Notes under the pieces: generated by a model
The model's database searches: none
Told to the model about the DNA's origin: nothing
What the model saw: only the letters and a program-made list of their open reading frames with translations
Part shown: piece after piece, positions 47,401-57,572 of the stretch
How the letters are laid out: every line of letters begins with the position of its first letter
Numbering within the stretch: the first letter of the stretch is position 1
Program-made: the position numbers and the translations under genes
From: a virus
Virus record (IMG/VR): IMGVR_UViG_3300022925_002539
Coordinates: 1 to 64,000 of that record
Length of the DNA stretch: 64,000 nt
Direction: 5' to 3' (one strand)

Positions 47401-47925
47401 ATGCAAGAAAATTACGATAAATGTATAGAAACAATACTACATCATGAAGGTGGATATGTAAATCATCCAAGCGATCCAGGTGGTGAAACTAACTTAGGTG
47501 TTACACTAAAAGTTTATGAAGCATGGTGTGCTGAACAAGATATAGAACAAAAAGATATGCGTGATCTTATTGTTGAAGATGTTGCACCAATTTACAAAAA
47601 GAACTATTGGGATAGAGTGAAAGGTGATCAATTACCAGCAGGATTAGATTTATGTGTTTTTGATTTTGGTGTTAATGCAGGTACAGGACGTAGTGCAAAA
47701 TACTTACAAACAATGATTGGTACAGTTGCAGACGGAGGCATTGGTCCAAACACACTTAAAAAATTAGATGAATATATAGAAGAAAACGGATTAACAGATA
47801 CCATAACAAATTTTCAACAAGCAAGACAGGAATACTATGAAAGTCTTAGCACATTTGAAACATTTGGCAGAGGATGGACTCGACGAGTAGATGAAACTAC
47901 AGAACTAGCACTTAACATGATTTAG
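47401..47925 (+). CDS. endolysin, glycoside hydrolase family 108 with PG-binding domain
   Basis: HEGGYVNHPSDPGGETNLGVT, FDFGVNAG, DG.IGP.T, FGRGW..R. Confidence 0.93.
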   Translation: MQENYDKCIETILHHEGGYVNHPSDPGGETNLGVTLKVYEAWCAEQDIEQKDMRDLIVEDVAPIYKKNYWDRVKGDQLPAGLDLCVFDFGVNAGTGRSAKYLQTMIGTVADGGIGPNTLKKLDEYIEENGLTDTITNFQQARQEYYESLSTFETFGRGWTRRVDETTELALNMI

Positions 47926-47935
47926 GAGAAAAAAG

Positions 47936-48184
47936 TTGGGATTCGCATTCGATACACCAGTAGACCCATACAGTGAAGCAATGTCAGAAAGTGATATTGA
48001 TACATGGTGGGCAAGTAAAGATAGAACAATGGCACATGGGTGGGATGACGCACACGGATATATTATGCGTGATGTTAGCAGTCGTATTCCTAAAGGCCAC
48101 ACTATTAAACACGGCATTAATGATGCAGGTAACAAATATTACTTAACAATAAGTGGTCCTAATATAAACAAAAGTTGGACATAA
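47936..48184 (+). CDS. hypothetical protein
   Basis: ORF track; AGGAG SD. Confidence 0.55.
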   Translation: MGFAFDTPVDPYSEAMSESDIDTWWASKDRTMAHGWDDAHGYIMRDVSSRIPKGHTIKHGINDAGNKYYLTISGPNINKSWT

Positions 48185-48185
48185 T

Positions 48186-48359
48186 TTGACAGTAGAAAAT
48201 TACAAATCAACAAGTTGTGTAGTTTGTGGACATTATAGTCATTGCGGACAACCGCTATGGCTAGAAAATAAAGGCTATCCACAAGATGGCAATAACTTCT
48301 ACAAGGCTTGCGAAAGTTGTAGTTGTGAAAAATGTAATAAAGGAGATTCAGATGATTAA
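48186..48359 (+). CDS. small Cys/His-rich metal-binding protein (57 aa)
   Basis: Not in track; CVVCGHYSHCG...CESCSCEKC. Confidence 0.55.
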   Translation: MTVENYKSTSCVVCGHYSHCGQPLWLENKGYPQDGNNFYKACESCSCEKCNKGDSDD

Positions 48360-48516
48360 GAAATTTATTACAAGTAGATTAGAAGAAAGAACAACCTGGG
48401 ACGGTGCTATGCTAATAGGCTTAGGTCTAATAGTTTTAATTGCAGGTCCGTTTGCAAAACTTGCAGCTTACATCGCAATAGGTTATGGTGCTTGGACAAT
48501 TTACAAGAGTGAATAA
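48352..48516 (+). CDS. small membrane protein, candidate holin
   Basis: AAGGAG SD before ATG 48352; two TM; between endolysin and spanins. Confidence 0.5.
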   Translation: MIKKFITSRLEERTTWDGAMLIGLGLIVLIAGPFAKLAAYIAIGYGAWTIYKSE

Positions 48517-49016
48517 TGGCTAGACTGTATCTTGTTTTATTACTTTTAGGTGTACTAGGAGGCGTTGGTTACGGCGCCTACGGGTACTATACAAGTACAC
48601 AACAAAGAATACAAACTCTATCTGAAAATAATGCTAAACTAGAAGTAGCAATTGAACAAAGTGAAAAAAGTGTAAATTTATTAAAAAGTGAAGCAGCAAA
48701 GAATGCAGAGCTTAGTAAAAATTTACAAGTACAATTACAAAAAGCAGAAGCATATGGAGACGATCTAAGAAATAGATTAAGGAAACTTGATCTACTAGCA
48801 GATGCTATTTCAAATGCTAAAAATTTAGAAGGACGTATGAATGGTGCAACAGCTAAACTGTGGCGTGAAATCATGGGCGAAACTGGCAACAATACTGGCA
48901 GTACTAGCGATCTTCCTTTCTGGTTGCAGCGGTCTAAAACCGGAACCGGAAGTGAAGGTAGTGACACAAGTACAAAAAGTGACAGTACCGATAGTAGCCA
49001 GACCAAAGCCGATTAA
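48516..49016 (+). CDS. Rz-like inner-membrane spanin
   Basis: N-terminal TM then coiled coil; overlaps the lipoprotein gene. Confidence 0.7.
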   Translation: MARLYLVLLLLGVLGGVGYGAYGYYTSTQQRIQTLSENNAKLEVAIEQSEKSVNLLKSEAAKNAELSKNLQVQLQKAEAYGDDLRNRLRKLDLLADAISNAKNLEGRMNGATAKLWREIMGETGNNTGSTSDLPFWLQRSKTGTGSEGSDTSTKSDSTDSSQTKAD

Positions 49017-49266
49017 CCTTACAGATACACAAGTATATGTTGTAAACAAAGGTAATCTGGAAGCGTTTATTGCTGAGTTCACAGAGCAAAATGGTGAACT
49101 AGCCTTTGTTGCACTAAGCATTGACACATACGAAAACCTAGCACTTAATATAAGTGAACTAAGACGTTTCATAAATCAACAAAATGAGATTATAGTCTAT
49201 TATGAAAAAGCAATGACACCGGATGAAACAAACGAAAAAGATAAATCTACAATCAAAACTGACTGA
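48865..49266 (+). CDS. Rz1-like outer-membrane lipoprotein spanin
   Basis: Lipobox LSG-C; Pro-containing segment; starts inside the Rz-like gene in another frame. Confidence 0.7.
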   Translation: MKSWAKLATILAVLAIFLSGCSGLKPEPEVKVVTQVQKVTVPIVARPKPINLTDTQVYVVNKGNLEAFIAEFTEQNGELAFVALSIDTYENLALNISELRRFINQQNEIIVYYEKAMTPDETNEKDKSTIKTD

Positions 49267-50044
49267 CACAATAAGTGGTAAAATGTTAATCTATATAGAC
49301 GATCCTACAATAGGACGTAGTTTAGATTTATACGGCGAGTACTGTCAAGCAGAAATAGAATTACTTAAAAGCCTATCTAAAAAAAATACATGGTTCGTTG
49401 ATATAGGTGCAAATATAGGTACACATACAATCCCACTTAGTTACAATGTAGAACGAGTACTAGCATTTGAACCTGACGATGCTAATTTTGATTTGTTATC
49501 AAAAAATGTAGCAGGCATGTGTGCATTAAGAAAAAATGTTACTGCCACTAAAATGGCAATAGGTGATACTTTAGTAGAAGTTGATACAGAATTCGATTAC
49601 GGAAAAACAAAAGTAGTACAAGGCACAGGTATAAAATCTGCACCACTTGATATACTAGGATTACCCAAAGTTGATCTGGTTAAAATTGATGTAGAAGGTC
49701 AAGAATTAAAAGTGTTAGTAGGAATGCGTAATATTTTACATACACATAAACCAGACATGCTAATAGAAATGCAAGACGAAACAACATATGCTGAAACTTA
49801 TGACTTTTTAAAAAGTTGCAATTACAGTATGTATTGGTTTCCTGTAAGCACATATAATAAAAACAATCAAAAAAATAATACAGATGATATATTTGGGCCA
49901 AAACACGGAGTTATAAACTGGGTTTGTACTGCATATAAGTTAAATACAAAGTTAGAACCAGTAGTCGATAGAGATGATACTGTAGAACGAATGGTATATA
50001 GGAGTAGAGAGAATGTGGGAAATGATAGAAAGGATGGCAGATGA
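49223..50044 (+). CDS. FkbM family methyltransferase
   Basis: DIGANIGTH, AFEP, KIDVEG.E. Confidence 0.88.
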   Translation: MKQTKKINLQSKLTDTISGKMLIYIDDPTIGRSLDLYGEYCQAEIELLKSLSKKNTWFVDIGANIGTHTIPLSYNVERVLAFEPDDANFDLLSKNVAGMCALRKNVTATKMAIGDTLVEVDTEFDYGKTKVVQGTGIKSAPLDILGLPKVDLVKIDVEGQELKVLVGMRNILHTHKPDMLIEMQDETTYAETYDFLKSCNYSMYWFPVSTYNKNNQKNNTDDIFGPKHGVINWVCTAYKLNTKLEPVVDRDDTVERMVYRSRENVGNDRKDGR

Positions 50045-50300
50045 CCGTCTATGGATCTATACTGCAATAGTTGGATCATTATTTGGAGCTGCATTTTTAT
50101 TTTGGTTTAAAGACACACGTATGGCTACATGGGGTGTACAAAAGTTTGATGCTACACTAGAATATCTTGCAATACGTTGGGGCTGGACTTGGCTACAGAA
50201 TGATCCAAATGCTTGGCGTATAAAATATCCTAAGATAACAAATAAAATTGACGAACTTGAAGCCAGAATTCAAGAATTAGAGGAGAGAAATAATGGCTGA
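50013..50300 (+). CDS. single-TM hypothetical protein
   Basis: TM segment then short coiled coil. Confidence 0.6.
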   Translation: MWEMIERMADDRLWIYTAIVGSLFGAAFLFWFKDTRMATWGVQKFDATLEYLAIRWGWTWLQNDPNAWRIKYPKITNKIDELEARIQELEERNNG

Positions 50301-50625
50301 AGAAATTAAACAAGCAGGTTTTCATCCTGCAGATACAAACGGTGACGGAAAAGTAACCGAAGAAGAACAGGCAATGTACTTAGAGTTCAAACGCAAAGAA
50401 CTAGAAGATGCAGATGCTATGCGTGATGCACAACGTAGCATGGCATGGTTTGCACTGTTTGGTATGTTGTTGTATCCTGCAATAGTACTAATAGCAAATA
50501 TAATTGGCATGGATCAAGCTGCTAAGATATTAGGTGACATGGCTGCAGTATATTTTGTTTCTGTTGCTGCTATTGTAGCTGCATTTTTTGGTGCACAAGC
50601 AGTAGGCAATACTAAGAAAAAGTAA
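50293..50625 (+). CDS. EF-hand-like two-TM membrane protein
   Basis: DTNGDGKVTEEE loop; two TM; basic C-terminal tail. Confidence 0.6.
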   Translation: MAEEIKQAGFHPADTNGDGKVTEEEQAMYLEFKRKELEDADAMRDAQRSMAWFALFGMLLYPAIVLIANIIGMDQAAKILGDMAAVYFVSVAAIVAAFFGAQAVGNTKKK

Positions 50626-50663
50626 AAATTTATCTATAGTCCTAATATGACGTAAATAGACAT

Positions 50664-51473
50664 ATGAACTATTATGATGTATTAGGACTAAAAACTGATT
50701 GCAGTCCGCAAGATATTACAAAAGCATATCGTACACTAGCGAAAGAATTTCATCCTGATACAGGTGGTGATGAACAAAAGTTTCACGAAATAAGTGAAGC
50801 ATATGACGTCCTTAAAGATCCACATAAACGTGCAAGATTTGATATGCATAATGCTAGACAACATACACTAAAAACAAATGATATTTTCGATGATATGTTT
50901 ACTGTGTTTGGAAGTGCAGGATTTCATCCTAGTAAGAGAGAATATACAAGAACAAAAACAAATAAAAATTTGGGCATTGTTATAGATTGCACACTAGAAG
51001 AAAGTTTTAGCGAACAAGAAAAAACTGTTAGTATTAAACATACAAATGGTACAAGACATTTAGTAAATTTAAAAATACCTCGTAGTGTTAATGATGGTAC
51101 AAAAATAAAATATAAAGGCCTAGGAGATTTAAGATATCCTGATCTTCCACAGGGTGATTTAACTGTTACTGTAAAAATTATTCCAGACGATGTGTTCATT
51201 AGAGAAGGCGATAATCTCAAAATACACTTGACAATAAACGCATGGAATGCTATAATAGGTACTGTTGTGCAAGTTACAACAATTGATAAAAAGTTATTAA
51301 ATTTAAATATTCCTGCAGGTACACAATTTGGTACAATACTGAAACTACCTAATTATGGAATGTATAATAAAAAAGACAGTAGAGGTGATTTACTTGTACA
51401 AGTACTTGTAAAAATACCAGAAAATTTATCAGAACAACAATTAAATATATGCAAGAAACTAAGAGACGAATAA
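50664..51473 (+). CDS. dnaJ: DnaJ/CbpA-like co-chaperone
   Basis: J-domain with HPD; DnaJ C-terminal domain; no Zn finger. Confidence 0.9.
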   Translation: MNYYDVLGLKTDCSPQDITKAYRTLAKEFHPDTGGDEQKFHEISEAYDVLKDPHKRARFDMHNARQHTLKTNDIFDDMFTVFGSAGFHPSKREYTRTKTNKNLGIVIDCTLEESFSEQEKTVSIKHTNGTRHLVNLKIPRSVNDGTKIKYKGLGDLRYPDLPQGDLTVTVKIIPDDVFIREGDNLKIHLTINAWNAIIGTVVQVTTIDKKLLNLNIPAGTQFGTILKLPNYGMYNKKDSRGDLLVQVLVKIPENLSEQQLNICKKLRDE

Positions 51474-53747
51474 ATGAAAACATCAAAAGAAGTTGATAAA
51501 GTTTTAAAAATTGCAACAGATATTGCATCTAAGTATGGTCATTCTTATATAAGCACTGAGCATATGTTGCTGGCTATTCTTAAAAATAATCAATTTTCAA
51601 AGTTACTATTAAAATTTGGTGTACAATTAGAAGAGATGAGTCTTGATTTAGAAAGTCACATTGTAAACCAATATGGCAAATATACAAATAGCAATCCTGT
51701 AAAAACACAAAGTTTAGAACGTGTTTTCAACAGATCATTAACAAGTGTTCTTTTTAGTGGCAGAGATCAAGTACAAATTGTTGATATATTCGTAAGTCTA
51801 ATGCAAGAGAACAGTAGTTACAGTAGTTATTTTTTAATGAAGTATAACATCGAAAGAGATGAATTTTTAGACTTTGTAAAAAAGAATGATAGAAACAGTG
51901 CAATTAGTAGACAACAGCAGCAATATTTAAATGGTATTGTAAATGAATTTTGTGAAGATTTAAACAAGGCTGCTGAAGAAAATAAACTTGATCCTGTTGT
52001 TGGCAGAGACGATGTAATAGATGATATTACACAAACATTTGCAAGACGAAATAAAAGCAATGTACTAATGGTTGGTGATCCTGGAGTTGGTAAAACTGCA
52101 GTCGCAGAAGGACTTGCAGTAAAAATTGTAAACAAACAAGTTCCAGAATATTTGTATGACCATACTGTTTACAACCTTGATGTAGCAAATATGTTGGCAG
52201 GTACACAGTACAGAGGACAGTTTGAAGAACGTGTAAAAGAAGTGCTTGAGGCTCTAATACAAAAAACAAAATGTATATTGTTTATAGACGAAGCACATAC
52301 ACTTAAAGGTGCAGGCTCTGGCGGTAATGGTGGTACAGATTTTGCAAATATGTTAAAGCCATATCTAGGAAGAGGCAAACTTAAAGTAATTGCAAGTACT
52401 ACCTGGGAAGAATATAATCAGAGTTTTGAAAAAGATCGTGCATTAATGAGACGTTTTTATCACATAACTGTTGATGAGCCTACACCTAAACTTGCAAAAG
52501 AAATACTTAAAAATAGTGCAAAGTATTATGAAGAATTTCACGGTTGCACAATTACTGCAGAAGCAATTGAATATGCAGTAGATTTAAGTGTACGTTATCT
52601 CACTGATAAAAGATTACCTGATAAAGCATTTGATATGATTGATAGTGCTAGTGCAAAACAACGTAGACTTGGTGTAAAAAATGCAATAATTGCTAAACAT
52701 AATATACTTGAAGAAATTAGTAAGTATGCAAAAATACCTATTGAAAACTTAGATCAAAAAGAAATAACTGTATCTCCTGATGCTGTTGAAAATAAAATTA
52801 AGAGCAAAGTATTTGGACAGGATACTGCAGTAGACGCAGTACTAGATAAAGTATGGATAGCAAAGGCTGGTCTAAACAAAAAAGATAAAACACTAGGTGT
52901 ATTTGTGTTTACAGGTCCTACAGGAACAGGTAAGACAGAACTAGCAAAACAACTAGCAGAATCAAATGGAATGAAACTATTACGTTATGATATGAGTGAG
53001 TATCAGGAACGACATACAGTTGCTAGATTTGTTGGTGCACCTCCTGGCTATGTTGGTTATGAAGATAGCAATTTAAGTGGTGGATTATTAATACGTGATA
53101 TAGAACGTAATCCTAATAGTGTTATTCTGTTTGATGAAATCGAAAAGGCACATCCAGATGTTAGTAATGTATTACTACAACTTATGGATGAAGGATTTGT
53201 TACAGGAAGTAATGGTAAACGTGCAGACGCAAGGAACTGTTTTATAATTTTAACTACAAATTTGGGTAGTGCAGATGCAGAAAAAAATACAATTGGATTT
53301 GGTGACTTAGAACAAACTGGTATAGAAGCGGAAGCATACAAGAACTTTTTTGCTCCTGAGTTTAGAAATAGAATAGACCAAGTTTGTACTTTTGGACCAT
53401 TAAATGATTTGGCAAAACGTAAAGTAGCACTTAAATTTATACAAGAATTAGAAGCACAATTAAACGAAAAAGGATTAATACTAAGTGTAGATGAAGCAAG
53501 CATAGACTACATTTTAGAAAGAGGTTATGACAAACGTATGGGTGCAAGGCCTATGGCGAGAGCAGTGGATAACCTTTTAAGAAAGCCTATTGCTAAACAA
53601 TTATTGGTTGACAAAAACACAAATGGCTGTAAAATTAAAATTAGAAATGTAAATAATAACTTACTAGTAAAGTTTAGGTATACAGATGGATCATCAAAAG
53701 AAGTTGGAGGATCTGAGCAATCAGAATCGACTTCCGTTAACAACTAA
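51474..53747 (+). CDS. clpA: ClpA-like AAA+ ATPase
   Basis: Clp N-domain, GDPGVGKT, GPTGTGKT, LIDE-type Walker B motifs, IGF ClpP-docking loop. Confidence 0.92.
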   Translation: MKTSKEVDKVLKIATDIASKYGHSYISTEHMLLAILKNNQFSKLLLKFGVQLEEMSLDLESHIVNQYGKYTNSNPVKTQSLERVFNRSLTSVLFSGRDQVQIVDIFVSLMQENSSYSSYFLMKYNIERDEFLDFVKKNDRNSAISRQQQQYLNGIVNEFCEDLNKAAEENKLDPVVGRDDVIDDITQTFARRNKSNVLMVGDPGVGKTAVAEGLAVKIVNKQVPEYLYDHTVYNLDVANMLAGTQYRGQFEERVKEVLEALIQKTKCILFIDEAHTLKGAGSGGNGGTDFANMLKPYLGRGKLKVIASTTWEEYNQSFEKDRALMRRFYHITVDEPTPKLAKEILKNSAKYYEEFHGCTITAEAIEYAVDLSVRYLTDKRLPDKAFDMIDSASAKQRRLGVKNAIIAKHNILEEISKYAKIPIENLDQKEITVSPDAVENKIKSKVFGQDTAVDAVLDKVWIAKAGLNKKDKTLGVFVFTGPTGTGKTELAKQLAESNGMKLLRYDMSEYQERHTVARFVGAPPGYVGYEDSNLSGGLLIRDIERNPNSVILFDEIEKAHPDVSNVLLQLMDEGFVTGSNGKRADARNCFIILTTNLGSADAEKNTIGFGDLEQTGIEAEAYKNFFAPEFRNRIDQVCTFGPLNDLAKRKVALKFIQELEAQLNEKGLILSVDEASIDYILERGYDKRMGARPMARAVDNLLRKPIAKQLLVDKNTNGCKIKIRNVNNNLLVKFRYTDGSSKEVGGSEQSESTSVNN

Positions 53748-54372
53748 CGACAGACTATTCTTTTCAAAATATTTGTATAGATTAACTATAGAGTTATATT
53801 CTTACAGATATCCAGACTTGATGTATGTACAAACTGTTGATCACAATGCATTTACAGTTGATACGACTGCAGAAATAAATTTTTTAAATGCTATTAGAAA
53901 ATATGCAGGTAAAAATTCTGAACGAGTAAGATTAGAATATAAACACGTAATGTATTATACTAGCGATATTACGAGACTAGAAACTGTAATTGATTATGTC
54001 AAAAAACTAAAAGAAAAGGAAACTGGAACTGTTGATGAAAGGTTACTAGAACTTATAGACATAAAATATTTTCCAGGCGGTGAAACAGATTACAACATAC
54101 GTTTTAGAAAAAGTCGTTTGCCTTATGGTAAATTTAAGTATCAAATACTAGGCGAAAGAATGGAATTTGATGAATTACAAGAATGGGAAAAATGGGCAAT
54201 ACAGTATCCTAATGATATTAAACTTAAAAAAAGCAAATATGGTAATATGATGTGGGGTACTTGGGCAGGCCAATCATTAGGATACGTCTCTAATGAAAAA
54301 ATGTTACAGTTAATAAATTTTAAACTTGGGTCAAAAATTAACAAAATAATTGAATTTCAAATCAGAGGATAA
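53686..54372 (+). CDS. hypothetical protein
   Basis: ORF track. Confidence 0.6.
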   Translation: MDHQKKLEDLSNQNRLPLTTNDRLFFSKYLYRLTIELYSYRYPDLMYVQTVDHNAFTVDTTAEINFLNAIRKYAGKNSERVRLEYKHVMYYTSDITRLETVIDYVKKLKEKETGTVDERLLELIDIKYFPGGETDYNIRFRKSRLPYGKFKYQILGERMEFDELQEWEKWAIQYPNDIKLKKSKYGNMMWGTWAGQSLGYVSNEKMLQLINFKLGSKINKIIEFQIRG

Positions 54373-54373
54373 T

Positions 54374-54640
54374 ATGAAACAAGAACTACTAGATACACTT
54401 GTAGAACGAGAATTAGTAAACCATAATACAATAGTTTATGCACAAGTAAAAGCAGAAGGGCTAGGTGGTAAACCTGTGTTAGTTAAAAAAGATGTATATT
54501 ATAATAGAGATATTCCTGCAGGTGCTATATATGATATAGAAGGTATGGTACCTGAAAGATTTGCAAAAGCGTATGACATTAAACCTGACGGATCTTATAA
54601 AGAATATAAAAAACGAGGTCGTAAATCTAAATACATTTGA
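54374..54640 (+). CDS. hypothetical protein
   Basis: GAGG SD before ATG 54374; I..IEGM.PER.A..Y.IK.DG...KRGR. Confidence 0.6.
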   Translation: MKQELLDTLVERELVNHNTIVYAQVKAEGLGGKPVLVKKDVYYNRDIPAGAIYDIEGMVPERFAKAYDIKPDGSYKEYKKRGRKSKYI

Positions 54641-54667
54641 GCATAAATACACTGTAAGGAGTATATT

Positions 54668-54853
54668 ATGGCAAAACTCAATGAACAAATGCTAGTAATC
54701 AAAGTAAGTGAATTACTAAAAGATAATCAACAAGCAAACGAAATCCTTAGTACAGATATTTTAGTACAGTTAGAAGCTGTTATTGCTGAACTTGCAGGTC
54801 CAGGTAAAGTAGTAGAAATTATACAGGAAGAGAACATTGCCAGCAACAACTAG
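54668..54853 (+). CDS. hypothetical protein (late)
   Basis: TAAATA at 54644; AAGGAG SD. Confidence 0.65.
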   Translation: MAKLNEQMLVIKVSELLKDNQQANEILSTDILVQLEAVIAELAGPGKVVEIIQEENIASNN

Positions 54854-55211
54854 TGTAACATTATTACCAACAACTGCATTTGGTACTTCAGCAGGAAACT
54901 ATGACGGGTCAAGTGCCGCTTTTAACGGAGACAAAGTTAAAGGTGATGGTTACTATGGATTTAGTGACGGCGTACATACTGTACAGACTCGTGTTACTGC
55001 ACTTATAGGAACAGTCAAAATACAAGGCACACTAGTAAAAGACCCAGCAAGTACAGACTGGGTTGATATTGCAAGTATTGTTACTAGTGATGGAAGTACG
55101 GCAATTACTAACAGTTACTTTAATAATTTTACAGGAAATTTTGTTTGGATTCGTATTGCAGTAAGTGAATTTACTGCTGGATCTATTAACAATATTTTTA
55201 TGGCACACTAA
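54837..55211 (+). CDS. putative structural protein
   Basis: KGDGYYG.SDG.HTV; NFTGNFVWIR beta-sandwich pattern. Confidence 0.55.
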   Translation: MPATTSVTLLPTTAFGTSAGNYDGSSAAFNGDKVKGDGYYGFSDGVHTVQTRVTALIGTVKIQGTLVKDPASTDWVDIASIVTSDGSTAITNSYFNNFTGNFVWIRIAVSEFTAGSINNIFMAH

Positions 55212-55238
55212 AACACAACCAATCAATTAGGCGTATAT

Positions 55239-56444
55239 ATGATACAATGGTTGTTCGATAAAAGGAATCAGTATGGATTTCTTCCGAACTTAATTAAAGA
55301 CGAGACACTACAACCAAACACAAAAAAATGGTGGGACCTTGCTATAACTCCACCGTTTAGTTTAGATTTTACTTTTTTAAAGTATTGTAGTTTGGACAAA
55401 ATACCTCAGAATTGTTCATTAGTAAGTGATTACATTTCAGGTACACAGAGTGCTTACTATCCAATTAATATAAACTTCTTTGATGAGAATATTGATTACA
55501 TCAGTTTAATGGATAATTACAGTAAGAATAGGTTTATAAATGGTGATTTCCGTATCTTATTTTATTATACAGAAGGTGACAATCCAGATCCTGAAATAAA
55601 CAATGGATTAAAAAAACTATATGACAAATACAATGTTAGTGAGAATAACATTAGATTTGTTACAGGTAATTACAAACTAAACAAAAAAACACCATTTGTG
55701 TTCTTTCCAGACATGGAACTTTATTATAGATACCTGCAAATATTAGAAAACAATTATGTAAAAGAGCATGTGGCAGACAAACGTGATAAAAAATTTACGT
55801 GTTTAATACGTGCAGATAAATTATGGCGTAAAATTTATGCCACTTATTTGTATCAACTAAATGTAATTGATAAAGGATACTTTAGTTATACAGGGTACAA
55901 TTACGAGACAAGTAGTAAAGGCCTAAATAATTTTGATGAATGGAAAACGTATGATGACACATTAATGCAAGATGTGTTAAGTTTTGGTTTGAAAGTGCCT
56001 TTTAGATGTGATGACTTAGACGATTATCAACATAATAATCATAAACTTGTTAATAAGGATTTTTTTACAAATGCATATTGGAATTTTGTAGTAGAAACGT
56101 TATTTTCTAACGATACTGTAGTCTTAAGTGAGAAAACATTCAAACCCATACTTAACCTACAACCTTTTGTTATAATAGGAAACCCTGGAAGTTTAGATTT
56201 ACTAAAGGTACTAGGGTATAAAACTTTTCATGAAGTGATCAAAGAAGATTATGATAAAATAATAGATCATAAAGATAGAATGAGCCAGTTAATTAAAAGT
56301 AGTTTTGACTTGATAAATTTAAGTGACAGGCATCATATTAGAATACAAGAAATTATTAAAGACACTCTTTTACACAATCAAACTAACTTTCTATCACCTA
56401 AGACTACTCGTATAAAAAACTTATTACAAGAATTGGAATACTAA
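55239..56444 (+). CDS. putative glycosyltransferase-like protein (paralog of 7405..8532)
   Basis: VVET...SEKTFKPI...QPF......L..LGYKTF...I.E.YD. Confidence 0.55.
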   Translation: MIQWLFDKRNQYGFLPNLIKDETLQPNTKKWWDLAITPPFSLDFTFLKYCSLDKIPQNCSLVSDYISGTQSAYYPININFFDENIDYISLMDNYSKNRFINGDFRILFYYTEGDNPDPEINNGLKKLYDKYNVSENNIRFVTGNYKLNKKTPFVFFPDMELYYRYLQILENNYVKEHVADKRDKKFTCLIRADKLWRKIYATYLYQLNVIDKGYFSYTGYNYETSSKGLNNFDEWKTYDDTLMQDVLSFGLKVPFRCDDLDDYQHNNHKLVNKDFFTNAYWNFVVETLFSNDTVVLSEKTFKPILNLQPFVIIGNPGSLDLLKVLGYKTFHEVIKEDYDKIIDHKDRMSQLIKSSFDLINLSDRHHIRIQEIIKDTLLHNQTNFLSPKTTRIKNLLQELEY

Positions 56445-57109
56445 TGACTAAGATACATTTTTTAACTCCTTGTTATGGTGGAAACATAACCGAAGTATGT
56501 TTTAGTAGTTACTTGGGTTTTACAATAATGGCTATGCAAAATGGTATAAACTTTCAAGTAGATACACTCAGTAACGAAAGTAATGTAAACAGAGCTAGAA
56601 ATAGTTGTGCTGCAAAGTTTTTAAGTGGAGATTGTACACACCTAATGTTTGTAGATGCAGATATACAATTTAATCCACAAGATATTGTAAAGTTAGTAAG
56701 CCATGATAAAGATATAGTAGGTGGTATATATCCACAAAAAACATTACCTCCTAAAATGGTAGTTAACACATTAAACAACGGCGAACAACAAGGTAACTTA
56801 ATCGAAGTTGGTACACTAGGTACAGGTTTTATGATGATAAAACGCACTGTGTTTGAAAAGATGATTGAAGCTGGCGCTATTCCTTATGTTGATGCTATAG
56901 GATTAAGCCCAGAAGAGAATGCAAATCAATATGATTTCTTCCAATGTACAATAGACAGTCAAGGAAGATACTTAACAGAAGACTGGAGTTTTTGTAGGCG
57001 TTGGAGACAGTTAGGTGGTAAAATATGGGCGGACAAAACTATAGGTTTGACACATGTAGGTTATTTTAGATTTCCACCAGACATGGAGCAATTAAATGGA
57101 ACAAATTAA
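56444..57109 (+). CDS. GT-A fold glycosyltransferase-like protein
   Basis: TPCYGG, RARN, FVDAD DxD, GTGFM, TEDWSFC, HVG. Confidence 0.75.
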   Translation: MTKIHFLTPCYGGNITEVCFSSYLGFTIMAMQNGINFQVDTLSNESNVNRARNSCAAKFLSGDCTHLMFVDADIQFNPQDIVKLVSHDKDIVGGIYPQKTLPPKMVVNTLNNGEQQGNLIEVGTLGTGFMMIKRTVFEKMIEAGAIPYVDAIGLSPEENANQYDFFQCTIDSQGRYLTEDWSFCRRWRQLGGKIWADKTIGLTHVGYFRFPPDMEQLNGTN

Positions 57110-57542
57110 ATTTAAAATCGATTTAGGTATTATCACTCATGATGATGTAGTGGAGCACCCTTTTGTAAACATAAGTGTAAATGGGTATCCAAAATTTGGA
57201 GAAATACTTGAAAAAGATAAAACTATAGAATTTAATTTAGAGGTTGAAGAAAATACAAAAAACAGTTTAACAGTTGAATATTCAAATAAAGATCCAAAAA
57301 CAGATGTGGTATTTGATGGCGACAATATAATCAAAGATAAACGTATAGAAATAAAAAGTTTAACAATAAATGATATAGAATTAGATTTTTTTACCTTTAA
57401 TACAGAAGATACACTATCATATGAAAGTTTTGATGGTAAAGAAAAGCATACAGGGTTTCAAGCGAGTAAGCTAAGTTGGAATGGACGCACTACACTAAAA
57501 TTTACAACACCTGTCTACATCTGGTTATTAGAAAACTTATAA
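57096..57542 (+). CDS. hypothetical protein
   Basis: WNG....F..P.Y.WLLE C-terminus. Confidence 0.6.
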   Translation: MEQIKFKIDLGIITHDDVVEHPFVNISVNGYPKFGEILEKDKTIEFNLEVEENTKNSLTVEYSNKDPKTDVVFDGDNIIKDKRIEIKSLTINDIELDFFTFNTEDTLSYESFDGKEKHTGFQASKLSWNGRTTLKFTTPVYIWLLENL

Positions 57543-57572
57543 GCATAAATACACTGTGTTTAGGGATATATA

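Noticed and set aside
48286-48351. Track start of ORF 48286..48516
   Set aside because: The SD-supported start is 48352; the upstream part belongs to the Cys-rich ORF in another frame.
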